Below, in pieces: positions 25,377 to 35,494 of a DNA stretch of 35,494 nt; position 1 is the stretch's first letter; each line of letters begins with the position of its first letter. Below the pieces are notes generated by a model that was not told the DNA's origin, did not search any database, and saw only the letters and a list, made by a program, of their open reading frames with translations. The position numbers and the translations under genes were made by a program. The stretch lies in contig NC_068988.1 in the NCBI RefSeq assembly GCF_001194135.2, positions 89,812,115 to 89,847,608 of the forward strand, written 5' to 3'. The stretch comes from Octopus bimaculoides (taxonomy: Eukaryota).

Positions 25377-26121
25377 GGGAAGGAGGGAGGGGAGGGAGGA
25401 AAGGGGNNNNNNNNNNNNNNNNNNNNNNNNNNNNNNNNNNNNNNNNNNNNNNNNNNNNNNNNNNNNNNNNNNNNNNNNNNNNNNNNNNNNNNNNNNNNNN
25501 NNNNNNNNNNNNNNNNNNNNNNNNNNNNNNNNNNNNNNNNNNNNNNNNNNNNNNNNNNNNNNNNNNNNNNNNNNNNNNNNNNNNNNNNNNNNNNNNNNNN
25601 NNNNNNNNNNNNNNNNNNNNNNNNNNNNNNNNNNNNNNNNNNNNNNNNNNNNNNNNNNNNNNNNNNNNNNNNNNNNNNNNNNNNNNNNNNNNNNNNNNNN
25701 NNNNNNNNNNNNNNNNNNNNNNNNNNNNNNNNNNNNNNNNNNNNNNNNNNNNNNNNNNNNNNNNNNNNNNNNNNNNNNNNNNNNNNNNNNNNNNNNNNNN
25801 NNNNNNNNNNNNNNNNNNNNNNNNNNNNNNNNNNNNNNNNNNNNNNNNNNNNNNNNNNNNNNNNNNNNNNNNNNNNNNNNNNNNNNNNNNNNNNNNNNNN
25901 NNNNNNNNNNNNNNNNNNNNNNNNNNNNNNNNNNNNNNNNNNNNNNNNNNNNNNNNNNNNNNNNNNNNNNNNNNNNNNNNNNNNNNNNNNNNNNNNNNNN
26001 NNNNNNNNNNNNNNNNNNNNNNNNNNNNNNNNNNNNNNNNNNNNNNNNNNNNNNNNNNNNNNNNNNNNNNNNNNNNNNNNNNNNNNNNNNNNNNNNNNNN
26101 NNNNNNNNNNNNNNNNNNNNN

Positions 26122-26185
<64 letters not shown>

Positions 26186-26589
26186 GAGAGGGAGAGGAGA
26201 GAGGCAGAGGAAAGAGAGACAGGAGAGAGAGACAGATTTACATATATATGCATATATGTATATAGTATAAGATATCAGTTGAATAAAGTTACAATATGGT
26301 CAGGTTTTCACGGTTTTTATTATTGTATTTAAAAAAAAAATTTCCTACAGTTGTCAAGCACAAATCTCAACTGTCAGTCAATACATTTCGAAATCTGAGG
26401 ATTACTACGAACGCGTGAAAGCGGTAATTGAACTTTATGAACATTACTAAATTTTAAAAGTTGTAAGAAAAGTCTTCTTTACATACATTCATAAACAACG
26501 TGAAAACCAGACAATTTTGTAATTTTATTCAACTGATATATATATATACTTTATTTAAAAGCAGCAGAAAAGAAATATAATAAAAAAAA

Positions 26590-26632
26590 CCGTTACCCTG
26601 AGTTTCACGTTCCCGTTTATCGGACAGTTGTG
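26590..26632 (-). ncRNA. Mirror hammerhead-like motif, core damaged (CCGAUAA)
   Basis: Minus strand: AACUGU-CCGAUAA-ACG(GGAA)CGU-GAAAC UC A GGGUA-ACGGUU; 6-bp stem I intact, but G8 is A. Confidence 0.35.
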
Positions 26633-26673
26633 TTTGTCCGATGAACGGGAACGTGAAACTCAGAGTAACGGTT
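26632..26673 (+). ncRNA. Minimal type I hammerhead ribozyme-like motif, variant core CCGAUGA
   Basis: UUGU-CCGAUGA(26638-44)-ACG(GGAA)CGU-GAAA-CUC A GAGU A(26667)-ACGG. Stem II has a GNRA loop, stem III is ACUC/GAGU, the cleavage triplet is GUA, and stem I is 4 bp with two G-U pairs. Confidence 0.55.
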
Positions 26674-26874
26674 TTTTTGTTGTATTTCTGCTGCTTTTAA
26701 ATAAAGCATATTACTCTTCCTCTGGTATTTGAGTACTCTTTTTTCCACCTTGTTGCACATTTCATGTGCTTACTCCGGTATATATATATATATACATTGG
26801 GTATAGTAGATGAGTTCAGCAAAAATTTAGATTCAGTTGAATATAGTACTTAAGTTAAATCACCAGAATTTAGT

Positions 26875-27072
26875 ACGGTACTATCCATACAATTTCAAAG
26901 GTCATTAAAATCAAAATAAGTAACTAGGATATCCACAGGTAATGCAGTACGATCGTTTCATGTTACTCCATTTAATTGGATAATGCAATCATTACATTAA
27001 TTTACCTCTGGATATCCTTGTTGCTTATTTGATTTTAATCACCTTACTTTGAAATTGTATGGATAATACCGT

Positions 27073-27074
<2 letters not shown>
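26875..27074. mobile_element. Second inverted-repeat element (arms ~26875-26942 / ~27002-27072) abutting (TA)21; probable PLE-terminal or MITE-like remnant
   Basis: acggtactatccatacaatttcaaag..ttaaaatcaaaataagtaactaggatatccacaggtaa is the reverse complement of ttacctctggatatccttgttgcttattt.gattttaatc..ctttgaaattgtatggataataccgt, with a few mismatches; (TA)n at 27075-27116. Confidence 0.7.
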
Positions 27075-27117
<43 letters not shown>

Positions 27118-27674
27118 GTTTATACATTTCTATCTCAAGATTCCTGATATGAAACCGTGTGTTGCAACAGATACTGTTATATATTTCAGGATGATCATTG
27201 TTTTTACTAAATAAACACGCACACTGTATATTCGTTTTTCACTCATTCATTACTGTTCTTATTTTATCTTATATTCATTGTCCGTGGACATAAGATAAAC
27301 TAAGAATATTAATATATGAGTGAAGAACGAATATATAGTGAGTGTGTTTATTAGGGCAAGAAAATGATTATCCAGAAATATAACAATATATATATATATA
27401 TACCGTGAGACCATAGTTGAGAGCTGTAGTCCATTTGTAAAGGTATACATAATATATGTCTCTGCGTGGATACTATATTTTTTTACTTCGTTCCATACAT
27501 ATATGTTAAATAGTCTTCATTTTTCCACGAAAATTATGAAATAAACATAGTGTACTAATGTTCAGACTTAAAACATACATTGGTTCTGCTGTTTGATCAC
27601 TTCATATTAAATATCTGATTGGAAATTAAAAAGTAACAACTAGTTTATAGAAGTAAATGTATGTATGCATTTAA

Positions 27675-27714
27675 GTAGGTAGGTAGGTAGGTAGGTAGGT
27701 AGGTAGGTAGGTAG
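27675..27714. repeat. (GTAG)10 microsatellite
   Basis: Directly visible. Confidence 0.95.
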
Positions 27715-30567
27715 GGATATATATGTAGGTACTTATGCTTATAGGCGTGTGCCTACTTCAACGTTTGATACAATGTTTTCAAAAGTAAAAAGAAGAAAAA
27801 CTGCCTTAGTGTATTTCTTAGATAATTATAGAGTTCTTTTCTTGTTTTCTAAACAATTAGGCATCATTTATATCTCACACTATTAATCATGACCCAATTA
27901 TGCCTGGCACACATTTCAATAACATAATATTATTTTCTACGATTTTGCTCTTTTCCAGACGCTGCAATGTGGTTATAAAGTTTTCAATCTTATTTATACA
28001 AAGTTAGAATGTATGCTATCCATCTACTCTAGACAGTAAAACGCAGAAAGTGTATCTGCAGTTGTTGACATCTTCTACGTATATATCTGTTATGACTAAT
28101 GTATTGGAAAGCCATTTGCTGTTTCACTGGGGTTTCTTTAATTCCACACGATATATGACAAAATTTGGTGTCTTTCTAATAACCGACGTTTTATTAATTT
28201 GCACATCTAAGAAACCATTTTCTTTCCTTCTTTCTACAACTTTCTACACACGTAATTCTATTCCTTCCCCTTTCAGGAGAATAGAGCTTGATATGACGAT
28301 TTGTATGTAAGTATGTATGTATGTATGTATCTATGTATGTANNNNNNNNNNNNNNNNNNNNNNNNNNNNNNNNNNNNNNNNNNNNNNNNNNNNNNNNNNN
28401 NNNNNNNNNNNNNNNNNNNNNNNNNNNNNNNNNNNNNNNNNNNNNNNNNNNNNNNNNNNNNNNNNNNNNNNNNNNNNNNNNNNNNNNNNNNNNNNNNNNN
28501 NNNNNNNNNNNNNNNNNNNNNNNNNNNNNNNNNNNNNNNNNNNNNNNNNNNNNNNNNNNNNNNNNNNNNNNNNNNNATATGTATATGATTATGTATGTAT
28601 ATATGCATATGTATGCATGTAGGTATATATGTATGCGGGTATGTATCGTAATGTGTTTTTAAAAAAATAATAGCGAAAATGTCGTTAGTGTATTTTGCGG
28701 AAAATTACTCGTTCTGGTTGTTTTCTAAACAACTAAGCAGCAATTATTTCTCACTTCATTATTCGTGCCCCAATTCCTTTTGGTATATATTTCAGATACA
28801 TAATTTGTTCGAAATATTGTTATTATTCTCTCATATTACGTTCCCTGCACATTTTTGTACGCATTTCATTAGCCGCTTGTTAAGAGTATTTTTCCTGCTG
28901 TTGTTAATCAGTTTGACGTTAATTTTCAAATCGATTTTAATATTCTCGTGTCATATAACTTATTTAATCGTGAAGGCAAAAATGAATCTACGTTTAGTTT
29001 TTCAGTGTTTATTTGAATAAAACAACACAGTAGAAATGCAAGGTATGAAAATACTTGCATGACACAGAGATTGTTAGTGTTTCATTGTATTCGAATGTTT
29101 GCTGTATATGTATACATACATACACACACACGCACACAGAGGCACGCACACAGAGGCACGCACACACACACATACACACACGCACACACACACACACGCA
29201 CACACGCACACACGCACGCACGCACGCACACACACACACCNNNNNNNNNNNNNNNNNNNNNNNNNNNNNNNNNNNNNNNNNNNNNNNNNNNNNNNNNNNN
29301 NNNNNNNNNNNNNNNNNNNNNNNNNNNNNNNNNNNNNNNNNNNNNNNNNNNNNNNNNNNNNNNNNNNNNNNNNNNNNNNNNNNNNNNNNNNNNNNNNNNN
29401 NNNNNNNNNNNNNNNNNNNNNNNNNNNNNNNNNNNNNNNNNNNNNNNNNNNNNNNNNNNNNNNNNNNNNNNNNNNNNNNNNNNNNNNNNNNNNNNNNNNN
29501 NNNNNNNNNNNNNNNNNNNNNNNNNNNNNNNNNNNNNNNNNNNNNNNNNNNNNNNNNNNNNNNNNNNNNNNNNNNNNNNNNNNNNNNNNNNNNNNNNNNN
29601 NNNNNNNNNNNNNNNNNNNNNNNNNNNNNNNNNNNNNNNNNNNNNNNNNNNNNNNNNNNNNNNNNNNNNNNNNNNNNNNNNNNNNNNNNNNNNNNNNNNN
29701 NNNNNNNNNNNNNNNNACTCCAGCATGGTGGTGGTGGTGATGGTGGTGGTGGTGGTGGTGGTGGTGACCATCTCATTTTCGTGCAATCACGTCTGAATTA
29801 GTGACAAAACCCCACTGTGTATGATGCCTGGAAGATAAAATACCTCTGCTGTTCATAGAATATGGAAAGACAATGTTGATTATTCTCCAGTGGATATATA
29901 TATCAATAGTTATTGGTTTTGTATTCCTGGGTCAGACACATTCACTTAAACATAGAGTCGGTCGAGCAAAGCCTAGACATAACACAATATTAGCTAATTG
30001 TCAATATGTCATTTATGAAATATAAGCGTAGAATATGATGATCAATTTGAAAGCTTTGATTTATGAATTAAGCGACACGTCGTTTCCGTTTAAATATCTT
30101 AAAGGTGGAAGACTATCTCCTGAATATGCCAAGACATACCGATTGGAAAGTTAAGATATATCATCAGTAAAAGAAATGCTTCGTAATTGATATATTGTTT
30201 TCCAAAAGACGACATTATATACCTGCAGAAAATGTTGAATGACACAAAGTGCAATATCTGACCATACAGACAGTATATACAAACTTCTCAATAACATGTT
30301 AGCTTAAAAATGGAAATTTTCTGCAAGAAATATTCCACTGCACTAATGATGATGAACAAGTGCAAGTATCGCTTGGTCATTATATATAACTATATATAGG
30401 GTTCCTTAGCTACTTTTAGTTAATGGCGTTCTGTGATATTAATGCATATACTGGGTTACGTTGCAATTAATGCTTCAGATGTTCAATTAGACATACTAAC
30501 GAATGATTTGAAAAATCGGCATTCATTATATGGTCACTCGATCTTACATTTTCTGTTTCATATACAG

Positions 30568-30646
30568 TCGTTGCTGGTATTGACTGCATGTGATCCATGC
30601 ATGAAGGAGAAGCAGCGCCTGTAGTAGCTGCTCTTAACAGACGGAG
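30568..30646 (+). other. Candidate 79-nt spliced exon (non-coding, or ATG-containing: MHEGEAAPVVAALNRR)
   Basis: Acceptor tcttacattttctgtttcatatacag|, donor acggag|gtaaat; GC-richer than its flanks. All three frames have a stop, but ATG at 30597 is open to the donor. Confidence 0.35.
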
Positions 30647-30734
30647 GTAAATATCGTTGGATATGATCGATATTCTGTTTGTTGTCTGTCAATTTCACAC
30701 ACACGTACGCACGTGCGCAAGTGCACGCACACAC

Positions 30735-30766
<32 letters not shown>

Positions 30767-31064
30767 NNNNNNNNNNNNNNNNNNNNNNNNNNNNNNNNNN
30801 NNNNNNNNNNNNNNNNNNNNNNNNNNNNNNNNNNNNNNNNNNNNNNNNNNNNNNNNNNNNNNNNNNNNNNNNNNNNNNNNNNNNNNNNNNNNNNNNNNNN
30901 NNNNNNNNNNNNNNNNNNNNNNNNNNNNNNNNNNNNNNNNNNNNNNNNNNNNNNNNNNNNNNNNNNNNNNNNNNNNNNNNNNNNNNNNNNNNNNNNNNNN
31001 NNNNNNNNNNNNNNNNNNNNNNNNNNNNNNNNNNNNNNNNNNNNNNNNNNNNNNNNNNNNNNNN

Positions 31065-31222
31065 CGTGGAATAAGTACAGTGTTATTAGATGCTCAGAAA
31101 AGGAAAGAAAAGAAAGAGGATTTAACGTTTCGATCGGAGAACTTCATCAGAAATATAGGAAAAGTCGAAAGAAGAGAAGACAGTGAAAGAAAATCGCCAA
31201 CGATGAACACGCAGTCACTATT

Positions 31223-31225
<3 letters not shown>
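31065..31225 (-). mobile_element. Hammerhead-bearing short repeat (Penelope-like terminal-repeat type) between (TA)n tracts
   Basis: The minus strand is pyrimidine-rich around a hammerhead core; (TA)n at 31226-31254 and at 30739-30766 across the gap. Confidence 0.55.
31120..31154 (-). ncRNA. Minimal type I hammerhead ribozyme-like motif, canonical core
   Basis: Minus strand: AUUU-CUGAUGA-A GUUC(UCC)GAUC-GAAACGUU-AAAU. Canonical CUGANGA and GAAA boxes, 4-bp stem I (AUUU/AAAU), stem II with one U-U mismatch, and a palindromic (A)ACGU(U) in place of stem III. Confidence 0.6.
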
Positions 31226-31257
<32 letters not shown>

Positions 31258-31374
31258 TACTTACGCACATACCAACATAATTACATACACACATACATTC
31301 ATATATTCATATGTATGTATGTATGTACGTATGTTTGCATGTGTATGTATGTATATATGTATAGATGAGTGGAG

Positions 31375-31414
31375 GGACGGACGGACGGACGGACGGACGG
31401 ACGGACGGACGGAC
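31375..31414. repeat. (GGAC)10 microsatellite
   Basis: Directly visible. Confidence 0.95.
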
Positions 31415-32045
31415 GAACGGAGGATGGAAGGATAGATGGATGGATGGATGGATATGTGCACATTTGCATGTTTTTTATGCATGTATTCTTATGCATATAG
31501 TTACATGTCTAAACACGCTCCTATATACTTAAATGAAAAATTTCTGGAACGTTGTACAGATATTTAAGTACCAGCGATGACTTGGATTTTTAGTCATCGA
31601 ATCAGCTTTTTACTTTCTGGTTTTAAGAAGCCTAATTTCTCAAGATTGATATTGAGGCAGTGTGTTACATATCTCAGTGCGCCAATATAAACCTAAACTT
31701 GTAATCTGGATAGAGTAGCTGTAGATTACTCAATAGTTCAGCGTAAGTATTCCCTTTTACTCTGATCTTTAGATTGATGTTAACATCTGCTAGCCAGCTG
31801 AAAACCGCAACTGTTCACAGTTTCTCTTCTCTATCATAGATCACTATGTCTGATCTATTATATTTACATTTTATTGAGGATTTCACTGGGACACTTCATA
31901 CTGTGGGTTATTATTTCGTTGGTCTCAAGGTAATCCTTCCGACGGATCTCATTATACAGCTTCCTGTATGTACGTATGTATGTATGTACGTACGAATGCT
32001 TGTGTGTACGTACGTATATATGTATGTACGTATATATGTACGTAT

Positions 32046-32091
32046 GTAGGTAGGTAGGTAGGTAGGTAGGTAGGTAGGTAGGTAGGTAGGT
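32046..32091. repeat. (GTAG)n microsatellite following (TACG/TATG)n
   Basis: Directly visible. Confidence 0.95.
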
Positions 32092-34845
32092 ATATCCTGG
32101 GGCATGAGTTTAAACTGAATCATGTGGTGGGGTTCAAGCATGGGATTTGCGGTATTTTGTGATGGGTGCTGAACCACATTTTAGCCACTATTGTTTCCAG
32201 GTATATTCTGACCTGGAGTATTGGCATCTGTTAGAGTATCAGCTATGAGGTAACTAGCATCAGAACTTCTTCATAGGGGAAGAAAAATTGGTATAAAAGT
32301 GGGATCGGTGCGATGCAGCACTTAATACACCGTAAAAAAATCCACACACAAGAACTTCTCGGACACTCGGATCGTTCGCACGGACTTACTGAATTAAGAC
32401 GTGGTATGAGTCGCTTACGAGTTGATTCTGACACATATGTCAGCAAAAATACGTTTTTCAGTAGACACTCCTATTGTTTCCTCTGCATTCGCTTTTTGGA
32501 TTACATTATCACGCCAATTGTGAGACTAATAATTCCACACAAGCCTTTACGCTGATTCGTCTTGTGTGAACACATTTAAATTTCAACCATGCTCTTATAA
32601 TTATATACATATGCATGTGAGCGTGTGTGTAAATATGTTACTTGTATGCGTAATTACGTATATATGTTGGAGATATTTTACTATATACGATTGCATGTAG
32701 TCACTGTGTCACACACAAAATACGAACACAATGAAACATGAATAGTTTGAATGTCATGCAAGAATCTTTATATTTTGCATCTCCCTTGTATTGGTTTAGT
32801 CATATAACCAAAGAATATATATACATATATATATATATANNNNNNNNNNNNNNNNNNNNNNNNNNNNNNNNNNNNNNNNNNNNNNNNNNNNNNNNNNNNN
32901 NNNNNNNNNNNNNNNNNNNNNNNNNNNNNNNNNNNNNNNNNNNNNNNNNNNNNNNNNNNNNNNNNNNNNNNNNNNNNNNNNNNNNNNNNNNNNNNNNNNN
33001 NNNNNNNNNNNNNNNNNNNNNNNNNNNNNNNNNNNNNNNNNNNNNNNNNNNNNNNNNNNNNNNNNNNNNNNNNNNNNNNNNNNNNNNNNNNNNNNNNNNN
33101 NNNNNNNNNNNNNNNNNNNNNNNNNNNNNNNNNNNNNNNNNNNNNNNNNNNNNNNNNNNNNNNNNNNNNNNNNNNNNNNNNNNNNNNNNNNNNNNNNNNN
33201 NNNNNNNNNNNNNNNNNNNNNNNNNNNNNNNNNNNNNNNNNNNNNNNNNNNNNNNNNNNNNNNNNNNNNTATATATATATATATATATATCCATATGTAT
33301 GTGCATATACATATACAGGTACATATACGCCAATATGCCTCTGTGTGTGCGTGTGTGTGCGTGTGAGTATATATTTCTATGTGTTTTTCAGATGAATCAA
33401 AATGATATGGACCACAGGGAATATGTATATATAATTGTCTTCTCTAAGAATTTCAGATAAAGTACAATGTACATAGAATATTGTCGCCAATATTCTACAA
33501 ACAGAAAGTGAAAGTTAAGGGTTGAAGAATCCAGTTTGTATGTCGACATCACAGTTGTAATGGGAGGGTGACAGAGAAAGGGAGAGAATGAAAGAGAAAT
33601 AGAGAGGATGAATGTGTGAGTGAGTTAGGGAGGAAAGGAAGGAGGAAATCAATAAGAGCATACTTTAGAGTGACAAAAGTTATAGATAAGCAAAGAATAA
33701 GGAGCTGCTTGCAAATATATGCTAAAACTAAGGCAGGAATGAAGTTCTTGAGAGCGAATGTAGGTGATAAGAAGGGGGAATTACAATCATAGATTTGCTT
33801 ACGTGTGTGCGTGTGGGCATATATATATATATATATANNNNNNNNNNNNNNNNNNNNNNNNNNNNNNNNNNNNNNNNNNNNNNNNNNNNNNNNNNNNNNN
33901 NNNNNNNNNNNNNNNNNNNNNNNNNNNNNNNNNNNNNNNNNNNNNNNNNNNNNNNNNNNNNNNNNNNNNNNNNNNNNNNNNNNNNNNNNNNNNNNNNNNN
34001 NNNNNNNNNNNNNNNNNNNNNNNNNNNNNNNNNNNNNNNNNNNNNNNNNNNNNNNNNNNNNNNNNNNNNNNNNNNNNNNNNNNNNNNNNNNNNNNNNNNN
34101 NNNNNNNNNNNNNNNNNNNNNNNNNNNNNNNNNNNNNNNNNNNNNNNNNNNNNNNNNNNNNNNNNNNNNNNNNNNNNNNNNNNNNNNNNNNNNNNNNNNN
34201 NNNNNNNNNNNNNNNNNNNNNNNNNNNNNNNNNNNNNNNNNNNNNNNNNNNNNNNNNNNNNNNNNNNNNNNNNNNNNNNNNNACAGAGTGAGACAGAGAG
34301 ACAGAGTGAGAGAGAGACAGAGTAAGAGAGAGAGAGAGATTGAGAGAGAGAGAGAGAGTGTGAAAGAATGAGAGAGGGAGAGAGAGATACATTATACATA
34401 TATAGATAGATACGTTATATATATATGCTTTCACTGCGAAGGTTTTTTTAAGCAGCGTCGACTTTTACAATTCTGTAAATAATAATAGTATTAATAACAG
34501 AACATTTGAGAACAATTTTTTTTTTTTTGTCTTCACGTGGGCCTTTATGTATTTTCATGCAGGCCTGTCATCATACAGGCCTGTCCGTGTTTTCTTGATA
34601 TCGTCTATCTGTATGTTTTGTCCCTTTCTTGTATCACCTAACTGTATGGATGTTTTGCGTTCTTGTCCCATTGTGTATTATTTATACATATATATACATA
34701 TATAGATATATATATGTATATATATGTATAGGCTAGGCCAGTTACTGTTACACCTAGATGCCGTTTACTTCTTTGCCTATGCAGTTTGAATCCCAGTTCT
34801 TCTTCACTGCTCTCGTACGTTCTACGTATTACATGTTCCAAAAAA

Positions 34846-35141
34846 TTGCAACCAAATCAAAATGGATTCAGATCAGGACGGTCACCAGCATCTCACACTG
34901 TCGCACTAAAAATCTAATAGAGGGAGTTAAGAGCCATAACAGGATGGCAATCGTTATGTATATAGACTTTAAAAGGGTTTCTGATTCAGTACATAAAGGA
35001 ATGATGAAGATACTGAAAGCATATTATATTCCACAAAGAATTCTGAGAGCAATAAGTAAGCTGTATGAGAACACCAGAGCGAAAGCGATCATTCTTGATG
35101 AAGAGTCGGAATACTTTGAATTCAAAACCAGAATATTAAAC
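34846..35141 (+). mobile_element. RTE-clade LINE reverse-transcriptase fragment (decayed)
   Basis: LQPNQNGFRSGRSPASHTVAL/NLIEGVKSHNRMAIVMYIDFKRVSDSVHKGMMKILKAYYIPQRILRAISKLYENTRAK...EYFEFKT matches the QxGFRxGRS and DFxKAFDSV RT motifs. One frameshift; breaks off before the GVxQG motif. Confidence 0.88.
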
Positions 35142-35494
35142 TAAAACATCTAGTATTTCATTGAAAGCATTATATTAGCCATATTAAGCAGTCAATATCA
35201 CTTGCAACTTTTACTAACCACGAAAGTGGAAAGCTAATACATGGTATATTTGCATAAATTATCCATAAATTATGCATATCTAATAACGAACCCGGCTGCC
35301 AAGTTTCATCAGTAGCGATTGATATAGGTCGCAGTCATTTCGCCTCCCTAACTAAAATTATGTGGACGTGTATTTCTATTGAGACTGTTTTCTAATCATT
35401 AAAAAGTCATACATGCAATATAACCATATGTACGCTCTGACAAACATGCACACACTACACACACACGTGTATATATATATATATATATATATAT

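Larger units (their letters stand above)
26549..26778. mobile_element. Palindromic element (arms 26549-26626 / 26635-26706, 8-nt loop, unique right extension to 26778) flanked by (TA)n; probable Penelope-like terminal-repeat remnant
   Basis: Arms of about 72 bp differ by 4 transitions and 2 indels. (TA) tracts at 26536-26548 and 26779-26794. Hammerhead-like motifs in the arms; inverted terminal repeats carrying hammerheads are an established PLE feature. Confidence 0.7.
836..34282. other. Assembly gaps (N-runs) at 836-1303, 5405-5988, 6886-7144, 10547-10918, 12890-13470, 19377-19654, 25407-26121, 28342-28576, 29241-29716, 30767-31064, 32840-33269, 33838-34282 (plus 227-236)
   Basis: Directly visible; nearly all are flanked by (TA)n, (CA)n, (ATT)n or (GA)n tracts. 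Confidence 0.99.

Noticed and set aside
28679-29020. 113-aa hydrophobic ORF
   Set aside because: F/L/I richness is expected from T-rich DNA; no motif.
32313-32555. QELLGHSD, resembling tyrosine recombinase box II
   Set aside because: No upstream HxLRH and no downstream catalytic Tyr at the right spacing; chance match.
758-34434. Long ORF-track entries (100-370 aa) rich in X, HT, CV, YI, poly-I/N/L
   Set aside because: They are produced by N-gaps and microsatellites read in frame; no coding evidence.
9953-35315. Other CUGAUGA occurrences (near 9954 +, 14962 +, 4822 -, 21958 -, 30163 -, 35307 -)
   Set aside because: None is followed by a stem II plus GAAA and a stem I partner.
1-35494. CRISPR arrays, rRNA/tRNA genes, prokaryotic operons
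   Set aside because: No repeat-spacer array or complete tRNA/rRNA is seen; tRNA-like boxes occur only in SINE heads and the DNA is eukaryotic.

Overview
AT-rich eukaryotic (metazoan) genomic DNA from a gapped short-read assembly: 13 N-gaps totalling about 5.1 kb, almost all bordered by microsatellites. The tRNA-derived SINEs and the microsatellite landscape look like an octopod cephalopod (Octopus-like); this comes from my recall of those repeat families, not from a search. No intact protein-coding gene is supported, and the long entries in the ORF track are artefacts of N-runs and microsatellites. Recognisable content is decayed mobile DNA: a 5'-truncated R4/Dong-type RLE LINE (-, ~2382-3358) tail-to-tail with a SINE across one (TAA)n tract; a DD37D maT/Tc1-mariner remnant next to (TA)n (-, ~15995-16640); an RTE-clade RT fragment (+, ~34846-35141); about seven SINE copies from two families; and a possible very old LINE relic (~20600-22140). 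The most interesting signal is a set of minimal hammerhead-ribozyme-like motifs in short elements abutting (TA)n tracts, resembling Penelope-like terminal repeats. Two lie head-to-head in a near-perfect 72-bp-arm palindrome (26549-26706) and carry a variant CCGAUGA/CCGAUAA core. One has a canonical CUGAUGA...GAAAC core (31120-31154, -). A few isolated candidate exons suggest the window may be intronic to a large gene, but they cannot be assembled into a model.
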